In this document: one piece after another, positions 17,402-26,972 of the stretch | Layout of the letters: each line of letters opens with the position of its first letter | Numbering within the stretch: the stretch's first letter is position 1 | DNA from: a virus | Taxonomy: Duplodnaviria; Caudoviricetes | Virus record (IMG/VR): IMGVR_UViG_3300018465_000001 | Coordinates: 1-59,149 of that record | Length of the DNA: 59,149 nucleotides | Direction: 5' to 3' (one strand) | The notes under the pieces: model-generated | Database searches by the model: none | Told to the model about the DNA's origin: nothing | What the model saw: the letters and a program-made list of their open reading frames with translations, nothing else | Position numbers and translations under genes: made by a program

Positions 17402-20182
17402 TCATACGCCCACGTCAGCCAGTTGCGGTGACGGTTGCGGCCCGGTAGCGATGAACTCCGCCGACACCTGGCGGATACGGCCGATCTTGATCACGCGAAC
17501 GGACGAAGCCACGGGCGCCGCCCAGACCTCGGCCGAATCGCTGGGAGAGATCAGCACCAGAGGACGAGCCAGGACTGCCTTGAGCTGGGCCAGCTCGGCC
17601 TCTGATTCCACCGCCGTGGTCAGCCGGACGTTCCGGCCCCCGGGGGATGAGCTGGTCACGAAGCGGCCGCCCATCACACCCGTGGCCACGGTGAACGGTC
17701 GATCCCTCTCCCAGGTGATTAGGCCGCCCACCTCGGCCCACATGGGTCCATCCGGGCCTTCGGTACGCAAGAGGTGGTAGTCCTCGTCCCAGGTCAGGCA
17801 GAACTCGTCCGGGGAAGGGGGAGGAGTAGGGGTCTCGACCAGTTGGACGAAAGCCACTTCCTCGAACGGGGGTTCGCTGGTCGTGCTGGCCAGCGTGCCC
17901 GAGGTCGAGTTCGTCACGGTCGGCGTTGTGCTGTCCGTGTTCCCGTGCGTGTGCGTGTGGGTGGAGTTCGCCACCGACACCGTGGCCGTGGCGCTGACGT
18001 TCGTGCTGCCCCCGCTCTGGACCCCGATGGTCATCGAGTGGGCGTGCCCGGTCGTGCTGTGGCTGTGGCTCGGAGTGCTGTGCGTGTGCGGGTCGAGAGA
18101 TCCGCCGGTGGAACCGATGGAGGAGGTAGCCCCCTTGGGGTACCGGGCGATCAGGTTGGGCGTACCGCTCGTCCCGTCGCACAGAGCCCAGTGATCCGGG
18201 ATGCTCCCCAGAGAGCCGCGCCAGATACCGATCAGGCCGACCGGGAGACTGACGTCCCCGGACGTGTTCTCCTTCACCCGGACCTGAGTGAACGGGGGCT
18301 CGTTGGTGCCGAGCGACGACGCACCCGAGGTTCCTGATCCACCGCTGTCCAGAGACGATGTGTTCGCGTTCCCGATGCTGATTGGGTGGGTGTGGTTGAC
18401 CGTGAACGTGGCCGGGTTCGGACCGCTGAACAGGTTCTTGGTAGAGGTCACAGCCCCGGTGCTGGAGCTGGTGTGACTGTGGCTGGTTCCGGTGTGGGTG
18501 TGCGCGGAGATGCTGTGCGTGTGGTTGTCGATCACGCTGGCTGCCGTGGCACCACCGTCCCCGGCGGCGGCCGCGCCCTTGATGAACCGGCCGTTGGCGT
18601 CCGCGTAATCGGTCCATCCTGACAGTGAAGTGTCAGGCGTCAGGGCCAGAGCGCCGTCCGGCACGCCCAGCGGCTGGCCGTTGCTCTCGATAAACACGAC
18701 CTCGAGCCGAGCCGGATCGTTGCCAGCCGTGCCGATCGTCGGGGCGGTGCTCCCGCTGACCACCGTGGCCGAGTTGGTACTGGGCGTGGTGTGCGTGTGC
18801 GTGGAGAGAGGTGCCGCGTTCCCCGCCCCGTTGTCACCGGTGCTCAAGGTACCGACGGCGGCCGACGTGGCGCCCGTGGTCGTGTGGATGTGAGAGGTGT
18901 CGTGCGTGTGCGCGGTCACCGTGTGCGTGTGGCTGGCCGCCCCTCCCGTGGTGCCCGGTTGGGTCGCCACGGTCGCGACCCCCTTGGGGTACCGGCCGTC
19001 CAGCTCGGTGACCCGGCTCCAGCCCTCCGGCACGCTGGCGGCCGTGCTGGGCCAGAGGAAGACCATGCCGCTCGGGATGCCCGGGTCGTACGCGTCGGAC
19101 CAGTCCGAGATCTGGAGGGATCCGTCGATGCGGCCCAGGGTCCGTGCCCGGTAGTACGAACAGCACAGCTCGGGAGAGTGCGTGCACGTGGCCCCCACCC
19201 CCGTCCGGGGGAGCGAGTAGTCCACGTACGTCGCACACTCATCGGTGTCGAGAGGCCCGAGGATCGCCACGCTGACGGTCGTGGGTTCATCGCTGCTCGC
19301 ACAGTCCACGCGCTGGATCTCGATGTACGCCGCGCTGTCATCAAAATCCCCCGCGTACGGCGCGCAGACCTCAAGTTCGTAGAACGGGGTGTCCACCACC
19401 TGTGCCACGACCGGGTTCTCCGGCGCCGGGATCGCGCCGACGGAGACCGTGAACGTCACGGTCTCCTCATCGCTGGCGTACTCCGTGTTGTTGCCCAGGG
19501 TGGACCATACCTGCAGGTGGGCGGTGTACGTCCCGTTGTCCAGCGCGGTGGTCTCCTGATCGAACGCTGGGCCCGGCACGATGCCGGTATCCCACACGAT
19601 CGAGGCGCCCGAGGTGACCCAGAACCGGTACTGCCGCGCGGTCAGCCCGTCCAGGTCGACAGTGCTGGCCCGGATGGTGGGCTGAGCTGTATCGCTGATC
19701 GTCGTGGTGACCACGCCGGACCCGTCGATCACCTGGGCCGTGAACGTCGGCGCCAGCCGGGAGTCCACGTCCAGGTAAAGCTCCTGGAGCTTGACCCCCG
19801 AGGTCTGGCCGGTCACGTAGGCGGAGAGCACGGTGGATCCGTCGGCCGGTACGCCGAATCCCCAGGATCCGGTCACGGTCCCGGGGGAGGAGGAGAAGGG
19901 CGCGGCCACCCCGGCGGCCAGTCCACCGGACGCCAGCCGGACGGCGCCCCAGGCGTCTCCGTCCTCACCGCGCATCCGCAGCCGCGCCTGATGACGACGC
20001 TCACCTACGGGCGGTTCGTCGGCGGGGGTGGCCAGGATCAGGGCCGAGCCCGAGCCGGACCAGAGCGCGTAAGTGGAGTCCGAGTCGTCGGCCGTTACCC
20101 CGTGGAGAGTGCCGCTCGGCGTGGCCGTCCAGCCGACCCCCGAGGAGGTGGCGGACGGCCGGAGCGTGGTGATCGTGCCCAT
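17402..20182 (-). CDS. Large tail protein with collar-like and HxH-repeat fibre insert
   Basis: VPEGW...LDGRYPKG, WALCDGTSGTPNL, HTHTH runs; directly after the tape measure gene. Confidence 0.8.
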   Translation of the reverse strand: MGTITTLRPSATSSGVGWTATPSGTLHGVTADDSDSTYALWSGSGSALILATPADEPPVGERRHQARLRMRGEDGDAWGAVRLASGGLAAGVAAPFSSSPGTVTGSWGFGVPADGSTVLSAYVTGQTSGVKLQELYLDVDSRLAPTFTAQVIDGSGVVTTTISDTAQPTIRASTVDLDGLTARQYRFWVTSGASIVWDTGIVPGPAFDQETTALDNGTYTAHLQVWSTLGNNTEYASDEETVTFTVSVGAIPAPENPVVAQVVDTPFYELEVCAPYAGDFDDSAAYIEIQRVDCASSDEPTTVSVAILGPLDTDECATYVDYSLPRTGVGATCTHSPELCCSYYRARTLGRIDGSLQISDWSDAYDPGIPSGMVFLWPSTAASVPEGWSRVTELDGRYPKGVATVATQPGTTGGAASHTHTVTAHTHDTSHIHTTTGATSAAVGTLSTGDNGAGNAAPLSTHTHTTPSTNSATVVSGSTAPTIGTAGNDPARLEVVFIESNGQPLGVPDGALALTPDTSLSGWTDYADANGRFIKGAAAAGDGGATAASVIDNHTHSISAHTHTGTSHSHTSSSTGAVTSTKNLFSGPNPATFTVNHTHPISIGNANTSSLDSGGSGTSGASSLGTNEPPFTQVRVKENTSGDVSLPVGLIGIWRGSLGSIPDHWALCDGTSGTPNLIARYPKGATSSIGSTGGSLDPHTHSTPSHSHSTTGHAHSMTIGVQSGGSTNVSATATVSVANSTHTHTHGNTDSTTPTVTNSTSGTLASTTSEPPFEEVAFVQLVETPTPPPSPDEFCLTWDEDYHLLRTEGPDGPMWAEVGGLITWERDRPFTVATGVMGGRFVTSSSPGGRNVRLTTAVESEAELAQLKAVLARPLVLISPSDSAEVWAAPVASSVRVIKIGRIRQVSAEFIATGPQPSPQLADVGV

Positions 20183-20194
20183 GAACCCTCCCCG

Positions 20195-23134
20195 TCAGTC
20201 CTGTGCGTTGGCCAGGGCCTCCAGGAGGGCCTCGGCCGCTTCCTGCCCGGCCTCGGCGCCCTGGCCCTGGATCACGATGGCACCGGGCGCCAACGTCACA
20301 GTAGTCATACGGCCGCCGGTCGGCACACTCACGCTGGCCCCGTCCCCGCCCCGGATCGCGCCCGAGGGCATGTTCGCCGGAGTGAGGTCGGAAGTCAGCC
20401 CGGCCAGCGTCCGCTTGACCGAGTCGAACTGGCTGGTGAGGCCGGACTCGAAACCGGCCATCACCAGGCGGCCGGAATCGTGAAGGATCTTCTTGTCCAC
20501 CTCGGCCGGGCCCTTCCAATCGGGAAGCATCCCGGTCAGGTTGTTCAGCAGGCCACGCACGCGGTCGAACCCGGACTGGATGCCGCTGATCAGGCCGTCG
20601 ATGATCTGGCGGCCAGCACCGACCAGCCAGGAAGCAGCACCGGATAGCGCGTTCTGGGCGGCTGTCTTGGCCCCCGCCAGCACGGACCGGATCTTCCCCA
20701 GCGCGTTGCCGATCCCGTTGGTCAGGCCCGTGATCACGTTGCGGCCAGCCGAGACCAGCCACGAGATCGCGTTTGCGGCGGCCGAGACGATCGCTCCCCG
20801 AACCGAGTTGATGGCCGAGCGGGCGCGGCTGACGCCAGCCGAGACCAGGGAGGAAGCGAACCCGGCCATCAAACTGACAGCCGCTGAGACCAGGCCTCCG
20901 GCGGCCGACAGGATCGCACTCAGGATCGCGGCGATGATCTTGCCGACGGAGACGACGATCGTCGGGATTGCCCGCAACAGACCGAGAGCGAGTTGCCCGA
21001 TCAGTTCCGCTCCGGCAGACAGGATTCCCGGCCCGTTCTGAATGATGAACTCGCCCAATTTCGGGATCAGAGTTCCGGTCACAAATGTCGCTATCTTCCC
21101 GATCCCATTGACGAGGCCGACCACCAATTTGGTGATCATCTCGACACCGGTCGAGATGATGTCCGGGTTGTCGCGGAAGAACTGGGTGATCCGGGGAAGC
21201 AGGGTCCCGCTGACGAATGCGGCGAGAGTTCCCAGCCCCTGGAGCAATCCGTCCGTTATCTTGCCGAGGATCTTGAGACCGACATCCAGGAAGTTCGGAG
21301 CGTTGTCGAACAACGACGTGATGGCCGGAATGATGGTCCCGGTGATCAGAGATCCGATGGTCCCGACATTCTGGGCCAGCCCCTGCATGAATTGCTGAAG
21401 GGCTTTCTTCCCCTGCTCCAGCAGCATCGGGCCCTGGGTCTGGAACGCATTGATCAGCGCCGGGATCACATCGCTCTGGATCGCCGCCACAAGTTGGGGG
21501 ACAGCGGTCGCCAGGCCCTCGACGATCGTCCGGATGATGTCGGTCCCCAGCAGCAGGAGATCGGGGAGGACCGAGAGGAAGGACGAGATGATCTGGGGGA
21601 CCGCCTGGATCAGCGCCGTGGCGAGCCCGGGAAGTGCGGCCAGGACCCCCTCGATCAGACCCTGGATCAACTGAAGCCCGGTCGAGATCAGCATCGGGAC
21701 CAGGTTGATCAGGCCGTCGATCAGGGTCACACCGAGCTGGACGATAGCGGGCAGGACCACCGGCAGAGCGGACAGCAGGCCGTCGGCCAGTCCCTGGATC
21801 AATGCACCGGCGGCCGTCACCAGATCAGGAGCGGCCGAGACCAGTGTGTTCACCAGGCCGGTCACCAGTTGGACGGCGCCCGCGATCACCTGAGGGATCA
21901 GGGTGGGCAGGGCCTCGGCCACGGCACCCACCAGCTTGAGCAGAGCGTCCGTCACCATCTCCCGGAAAGCAATGATCCGGTCGACGATGGCGGGAAGATT
22001 CTCGCCCAGATACTGGAGCCCGTTGGTGACCAGATTCTGGATCGCGTCACCGATCCGGGAGAATACCTCCCCAGCGTTTTCTGCCCCGACGAACAGACTG
22101 CGAATCGAGGTGTAAGCGCGTGCCGACCAGTTGATGAATTCGCCGAGCTTGGTCACGACGAACTGAATGCCGTTGAAGAAATCCTTGAAGAACAGGGCCA
22201 GTCCGGGAGCGGCATCGGCGATGTTGTTGAACATGCCTTTCAGTGCCCCACCCAGACCGGACAGACCATTGGCGAATTGCTCGGTGATCGGCCCGCTGGA
22301 CTTGACCAGGTTGACGAACCCGGGGAGCGCGTTCTCCACCAGGCCGACCAGCCCGCCGGTCAGCGTTTCCACCTGGGGACCGAGCCCCTGGAACATGGTC
22401 TTGAGCTGGGGGGCAACCCGAACGGCCAGTTTCTCGAACTCACCGAGCGCGCCCACGAGCGGCTGGAGGAGCGGCTGAGCGGCCGCCGTGAACTCGGTCT
22501 TTACCGTGTCCATCAGGCTCTTGGCGGCCGACTTCAGTTCCGGCTCGTTCTTGAGCAGGGCCGCACCCAGGCCGATCGCGCCGAGCACGCTGCCCGTGGC
22601 GATACCGGCGCCGATCAGGGAGCCGATCGCGGGGACAGCCGCCGCAGCGATGGCACCGGCGATGCCCACACCGGCCACCGACAGGGCCGGTCCGGCCACC
22701 TTGGCCAGCCCGCTCAGACCACCGGTGAGCGCCTTGGCGAACAATCGGGAGGACTCCCGGCCCGCGTTACCGAACAGGCCGCTCAGGAATCGGCTGATCC
22801 CGTTGCCGTCGGTGTCTCGCCGCAGAGACGGTCCGAAGAACCGGCCGAACCCCCGGCCAGCACCCCGGCCGACATCCTCGCCGATCTGCTCTCCGGTCTT
22901 GATGAACCGGCCACGGGCATCACGGAGTTTGCCGTCCGCGCCCCGGGTGATGCCCTCCCCCAGTTGCTCCCCGGCCTCTTCTCCGGCCTTGCTTACGCCT
23001 TCCGTGTCCACCGGCACGTCGACAGGCTTGACCTTGACCCGGTCCAGCGCACGGTTGAGGTCTCGTTCGGTCTTACGGGCGAAATTACGTACGTCGCCCT
23101 CGACCTCTATCCTGGCTTCTCCCACGTCCGGCAC
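20195..23134 (-). CDS. Tape measure protein
   Basis: 979 aa; VGEA.IEV start, RDARGRF motif, amphipathic A/L/G/I repeats, KGP...D....SG C-terminal motif. Confidence 0.9.
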   Translation of the reverse strand: MPDVGEARIEVEGDVRNFARKTERDLNRALDRVKVKPVDVPVDTEGVSKAGEEAGEQLGEGITRGADGKLRDARGRFIKTGEQIGEDVGRGAGRGFGRFFGPSLRRDTDGNGISRFLSGLFGNAGRESSRLFAKALTGGLSGLAKVAGPALSVAGVGIAGAIAAAAVPAIGSLIGAGIATGSVLGAIGLGAALLKNEPELKSAAKSLMDTVKTEFTAAAQPLLQPLVGALGEFEKLAVRVAPQLKTMFQGLGPQVETLTGGLVGLVENALPGFVNLVKSSGPITEQFANGLSGLGGALKGMFNNIADAAPGLALFFKDFFNGIQFVVTKLGEFINWSARAYTSIRSLFVGAENAGEVFSRIGDAIQNLVTNGLQYLGENLPAIVDRIIAFREMVTDALLKLVGAVAEALPTLIPQVIAGAVQLVTGLVNTLVSAAPDLVTAAGALIQGLADGLLSALPVVLPAIVQLGVTLIDGLINLVPMLISTGLQLIQGLIEGVLAALPGLATALIQAVPQIISSFLSVLPDLLLLGTDIIRTIVEGLATAVPQLVAAIQSDVIPALINAFQTQGPMLLEQGKKALQQFMQGLAQNVGTIGSLITGTIIPAITSLFDNAPNFLDVGLKILGKITDGLLQGLGTLAAFVSGTLLPRITQFFRDNPDIISTGVEMITKLVVGLVNGIGKIATFVTGTLIPKLGEFIIQNGPGILSAGAELIGQLALGLLRAIPTIVVSVGKIIAAILSAILSAAGGLVSAAVSLMAGFASSLVSAGVSRARSAINSVRGAIVSAAANAISWLVSAGRNVITGLTNGIGNALGKIRSVLAGAKTAAQNALSGAASWLVGAGRQIIDGLISGIQSGFDRVRGLLNNLTGMLPDWKGPAEVDKKILHDSGRLVMAGFESGLTSQFDSVKRTLAGLTSDLTPANMPSGAIRGGDGASVSVPTGGRMTTVTLAPGAIVIQGQGAEAGQEAAEALLEALANAQD

Positions 23135-23206
23135 GTGACCAGCGTAGATGACCGTTAAGTGTCACGGCCATCCGGTGCAAGAGGGCATTTCAGTTACGCT
23201 GTCCAC

Positions 23207-23662
23207 ATGGATGTCTCACGCGCCCAGCTCACCAACCTGGGAAACACCGTGGTTTTCAATGACCCGGCGTTCCCGTGGGGGATTCAGGTGCGCCTCTCCG
23301 GTGACGCGGATCGACCGGCCATCACCGAGTTGGTGGTCCGATCACAGAACGGAGAGCCCATCACGTCCACCGCGCTGGCTCAGCTCCCCATCCGGCAGAT
23401 CGCCAGCGTGGCCGCCAGCGCGCTCCTGGGGGAGGGGGAGGCTCTTTACCGGATGCTGGCCAAGCCCCGGCCGCCCGGCGCCCGTAGCTGGCCGGTGGAC
23501 CACTTCGAGCGGGTGGTCAGGGTCGCCGCTTGGGCACGCCGGATCGGCCGTCCTGGGGGAGCTGGCGGGGCCGTGTCCGAGTTCTGGGCCGTGGACTACC
23601 GGACGGCCCGGCGCTGGCTTTCCCAGGCAAGGGGGCTGGGGCTGGGCGGGGACCGGCCATAG
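23207..23662 (+). CDS. Putative HTH DNA-binding protein (DUF6214-like), antisense to the tail operon
   Basis: IT...L.QLP motif and C-terminal AV...W.V..RTARRWL..AR; TACGCT 6 nt before the ATG. Confidence 0.65.
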   Translation: MDVSRAQLTNLGNTVVFNDPAFPWGIQVRLSGDADRPAITELVVRSQNGEPITSTALAQLPIRQIASVAASALLGEGEALYRMLAKPRPPGARSWPVDHFERVVRVAAWARRIGRPGGAGGAVSEFWAVDYRTARRWLSQARGLGLGGDRP

Positions 23663-24182
23663 TCTCGAACTCGTCGACCACGCGCTGACTCGGGGTCCTC
23701 TTCCTGCCCGGCAGGGAGACCGTGTCGTTCTCCAGGAGTTCCAGGAACTTGTCCCGGTTCTTCTCCTTCAGGCTCTCCACGATGATCGCGTAGATGGCGT
23801 CCAGGGCCGCGCCGATCGGCGCTACGTCCCAGCGGAATCCGTCCCGGGCCAACTGGCCGCCGACCATGGGCCATGCTGAAGTGGCTATGGTGGCCAGGAC
23901 GAAAGCAGCGTGAAACGAGCGGCCGGTCACCTCCTCCACCACGTCCGCGATCGCCTGGCTGATCTCCTCGGTGGTGATCCGCCCATCCAGGAGCATGGCG
24001 TCCAGGGCATCGTCATCGGCCCGGGTTTCTGACCTTAAGAGGTCAACGATCTGGGTAGCGTCTCCGGACACGATCAGGGACCACCAGTCCACGGCCGGAA
24101 GGGCCGGGATCTCAAACTCCCGGCCCCCCAGTTCCACACTGATCGCCCAGCACCGCATGGATGCCAGCGGGTCAACGTTCAC
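23517..24182 (-). CDS. Tail assembly chaperone (distal)
   Basis: VELGGREFEIPALPA.DW; directly upstream of the tape measure gene. Confidence 0.7.
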   Translation of the reverse strand: MNVDPLASMRCWAISVELGGREFEIPALPAVDWWSLIVSGDATQIVDLLRSETRADDDALDAMLLDGRITTEEISQAIADVVEEVTGRSFHAAFVLATIATSAWPMVGGQLARDGFRWDVAPIGAALDAIYAIIVESLKEKNRDKFLELLENDTVSLPGRKRTPSQRVVDEFETMAGPRPAPAPLPGKASAGPSGSPRPRTRTRPRQLPQDGRSGVPKRRP

Positions 24183-24306
24183 CGCGCTCCCGCTCCTTCT
24201 GGGCCCGGCGCGCATCGCGCCGGTTCTTCTCGGCCAGGGCCTCACGGATATTGCGGGACCGCCGGATGGAGGCCCGCAACTGAGCCCGTCGGCCCCGGCT
24301 GTTCAC
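24172..24306 (-). CDS. Small basic hypothetical peptide
   Basis: GTGA-coupled 44-aa ORF filling the gap. Confidence 0.4.
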   Translation of the reverse strand: MNSRGRRAQLRASIRRSRNIREALAEKNRRDARRAQKERERGER

Positions 24307-24875
24307 TCCCCGGTCTCCGGGGAGGTGATGCCCAGATCCTGGGCCGACCCGGCCAACCGCGCCGTCTCCAGCAGGCGGGCCACGGTGTCGTCCGGACTGG
24401 CGCCGTCCCACTTCGGCGCGTGCTCCAGCTCGGGGACACCCGTGAAGTCGTCCCAGTGTTCCAGGTTGTAGTGGTAGGTGATCGTGCCGGTGGGCAGCTC
24501 GATCCCCACGATGAACGACCCGTCGAACATCGGCCCGTCCTCGGTGTGATGCGCCTTGCTCCGCCACGAGTCACCGGACGTGGCGGCCGACACCGCCACC
24601 ACGGCGGTCAGTGCGCGCCGGTGGTCGTACAGCTCCCCGAACGTGTGGTACCCGTCCGAGATGGCCTTGGCCCCGGCCGGGAGCGCCCAGAGGGTTTTGG
24701 TCAGCAGGCCCCTCAGCGTCTTCTCTTCGGGCGCGCTGGTGGACACCCGAATTGTAAGATCCGGATTGATCGTCTTGGCCACGACGAACGCGTACGGCAT
24801 GTGATCAGCCAGCATGTCCAAGATCTTGGATTCGGTGTCCTCGTCGTCGACCTGGACTTCGCGGTACTCCGTCAT
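24303..24875 (-). CDS. Conserved phage protein (SDGYHTF...WDG motif family)
   Basis: ISDGYHTF.ELY.HR, SW.SK.H, G.ITYHY...WD.F, AP.WDG. Confidence 0.75.
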   Translation of the reverse strand: MTEYREVQVDDEDTESKILDMLADHMPYAFVVAKTINPDLTIRVSTSAPEEKTLRGLLTKTLWALPAGAKAISDGYHTFGELYDHRRALTAVVAVSAATSGDSWRSKAHHTEDGPMFDGSFIVGIELPTGTITYHYNLEHWDDFTGVPELEHAPKWDGASPDDTVARLLETARLAGSAQDLGITSPETGE

Positions 24876-24921
24876 CTCTGCCCTTCCCCGCCGAGACTTT
24901 CCCGGCGTGACTGCTAGGTTA

Positions 24922-25362
24922 TCACGCCTGGGGATTGTCGCGGATGGGACGGGGCTTGGGCTGACCGGCGCCGTAGTTGCCCACCTGGCGGTCCTGAATC
25001 GGACGGCCGAAGTTGGGGCCGATCCGGTTGTCGATCACCGGAGGGTCCACCACCTCGGCGGGACGCGGGACCGGCCCGGGACGGCCCAGGTCCGAGCGGA
25101 TCCCGGCGCGGACCGCCCAGTCCTTGGCCTCCACCAGCGTGTTCAGAGCGGTGGTCAGTTCGGCCGAGTCCTGGCACTCGATGATCAGCTCCACGGCCGT
25201 CTGGTAGAAGGGCCTCGAGAAGTCCTGGAGCCGTGAGGGGAGGTGGGAGAACGCCAGCCACGCCAGCGCCGTGACCACTCCCGGGTGCCGCCCCTCGGTG
25301 ATCCGGGCCGCGTGCTCGGCCGTGCCCAGCGTGGTGGCCGCGCTCTGGAACGGGGTCGTCAT
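24922..25362 (-). CDS. Helical-hairpin protein (HLP..LQ..S.PF / EAKD.AVRA family)
   Basis: FSHLPSRLQDFSRPF...ELTTAL..LVEAKDWAVRA. Confidence 0.7.
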   Translation of the reverse strand: MTTPFQSAATTLGTAEHAARITEGRHPGVVTALAWLAFSHLPSRLQDFSRPFYQTAVELIIECQDSAELTTALNTLVEAKDWAVRAGIRSDLGRPGPVPRPAEVVDPPVIDNRIGPNFGRPIQDRQVGNYGAGQPKPRPIRDNPQA

Positions 25363-25775
25363 GAGGTCGTCGCCTTCTTTCTGGTCGCCTTCTTGGCCGG
25401 GGCCTTCTTGGCCGCGCGCCGTTCCTCCCGGTTGCCGTTCTCTTCGGCCGCCTTGGTGAAGGCCTCGGTCACATCAGTGATGAACGGCGCCAGATCCCGG
25501 AACGTCACGGCGCCGTCCAGGAACTGATCGTCCAGCCAGTTGATGTCAGCCTTCTCGACGATCAGGGAGTCGATGATCTTGCGAAGACGTTCGAGGGCGC
25601 CCATCACCTCGGACCCGGTCCAGGAGGCATTGATGGGGGCCTCGGTCAGCCGCTTGACGGTCCTCTGCCAGACGAGGAGCTGTTCGGGACTCGGCATCCG
25701 GGAGTAGACCTCCCGGCCCATGAACGTCACGGGAAGGGCCGGGAACTCCTCGGCCGGTTCGGTGGTCGTCGTCAT
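25359..25775 (-). CDS. Tail assembly chaperone (proximal)
   Basis: VTFMGRE....P.PEQL; NREERRA K/A-rich tail; synteny. Confidence 0.65.
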   Translation of the reverse strand: MTTTTEPAEEFPALPVTFMGREVYSRMPSPEQLLVWQRTVKRLTEAPINASWTGSEVMGALERLRKIIDSLIVEKADINWLDDQFLDGAVTFRDLAPFITDVTEAFTKAAEENGNREERRAAKKAPAKKATRKKATTS

Positions 25776-25807
25776 GCTGTCACGGTACCACCGGGCGACA
25801 GGACATC

Positions 25808-25906
25808 TCAGCCGTGTGGCCAGGCTGTCAGCCAGAGGTACGCGATGAACGCCAGTAACCCGAGGCCCACGGCCAGGCAGATCCCGGCCACCTTCCACCA
25901 GGTCAC
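25808..25906 (-). CDS. Small single-pass membrane peptide (32 aa)
   Basis: VTWWKVAGICLAVGLGLLAFIAYLW; GTGA overlap. Confidence 0.55.
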   Translation of the reverse strand: MTWWKVAGICLAVGLGLLAFIAYLWLTAWPHG

Positions 25907-26313
25907 CGTGTGGAGACCCTGAGTCCTTCCCGGGTCGCCACCTCCACCAGCGCGGTCCGGAGGAAAGGCCGACCGGCCCGAGCGGGCTGGTGGACACGGC
26001 GCGCGAACACGACCCGGCCGTCCACGACGAACCGTAGGCGGCCGTTGCCCTTGGCCGTGATGGTCAGGGCGCGGCGCCCCTCGTGCACGGCGGCCGCGTA
26101 CCGGGCGGTGTACTTCACCTCCCCGGACACGATCAGGCCCTGGGTCTGGGTGCTGAACTGGCCGGTGGCGCGGAGGTTGCCGGTGTTCACCGGGCACAGC
26201 ACCTGGGACCGGTTGAACGTGCCACGCGTGACCCGCCTGACTAGGCGCTGAGCGGTCTGGACCCCTTGACCGTTCAGCGCGGCCTGATCGAGCCGGAGTT
26301 TGTAAGTCGCCAC
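25903..26313 (-). CDS. HK97 gp10-like neck / tail completion protein
   Basis: CPVNTGNLR, YA.AVHEG, RPFLR.AL. Confidence 0.8.
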   Translation of the reverse strand: MATYKLRLDQAALNGQGVQTAQRLVRRVTRGTFNRSQVLCPVNTGNLRATGQFSTQTQGLIVSGEVKYTARYAAAVHEGRRALTITAKGNGRLRFVVDGRVVFARRVHQPARAGRPFLRTALVEVATREGLRVSTR

Positions 26314-26422
26314 GATGTTCCTTCCCCACGGCCTATTGTGATCATGGTAGCTACGGCTGTAAGGTCGGGGGACATTGGCGCTGGCCGGGGGTGAGGTAGG
26401 GCTCCCCCCGGCTAGCTGCTGT

Positions 26423-26971
26423 TCAGGATGAGGTATCCCCCGCGTCCGCGCAGTCACACGCGGGTCCCATGATCGTGATGGGGAGGGTGCCGCCGACACA
26501 GCCGCCCTCCACCGGGGCCGGTTCCCATTGGCCCGGGACGATCCGCTGGGCGCGCATCGGCTGAGCGTCTGTCATGCAACAGATCGCGCGTCGCATCGCC
26601 GCGCCCGCGTCCATCACGGCCGTGAGCACGTCATCCCAATCATCGTTGCTGGGAATCGAGTGCTCGTCCGGGGTCGGCGCGCACCGGACGTAGCCCATCT
26701 CCAGCGTGACGGCCCAGGCCCGGGTCCCCTGTTTCTGGGCCACAGTGTCTTGATTCGGGAACGCGGTAGAACTCGGGTAGAACGTGACTGGCCGGACCCA
26801 GGCCAGACCCGAGCAACACTCGTCGTCACCGGTGGAGAGCAGGTGCCCGACGATGGTGCCGGGCCGGAGACCGATCGACACCGGAGGGTCGGCCAGCTTG
26901 GCCAGCTCAGTCTCGTAGCACTCCAGGAGTTCCCGGACCAGCGGCATCACGAGCGGGTCTGACACTGCCAT
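26423..26971 (-). CDS. Tail terminator-like structural protein
   Basis: CC.GLAWVR, E.G..RC.P, P.EGGCVGG; synteny. Confidence 0.65.
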   Translation of the reverse strand: MAVSDPLVMPLVRELLECYETELAKLADPPVSIGLRPGTIVGHLLSTGDDECCSGLAWVRPVTFYPSSTAFPNQDTVAQKQGTRAWAVTLEMGYVRCAPTPDEHSIPSNDDWDDVLTAVMDAGAAMRRAICCMTDAQPMRAQRIVPGQWEPAPVEGGCVGGTLPITIMGPACDCADAGDTSS

Positions 26972-26972
26972 G

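Noticed and set aside
14407-20182. Diversity-generating retroelement or invertible tail system
   Set aside because: No reverse transcriptase or invertase; the paralogs are diverged throughout, not near-identical TR/VR pairs
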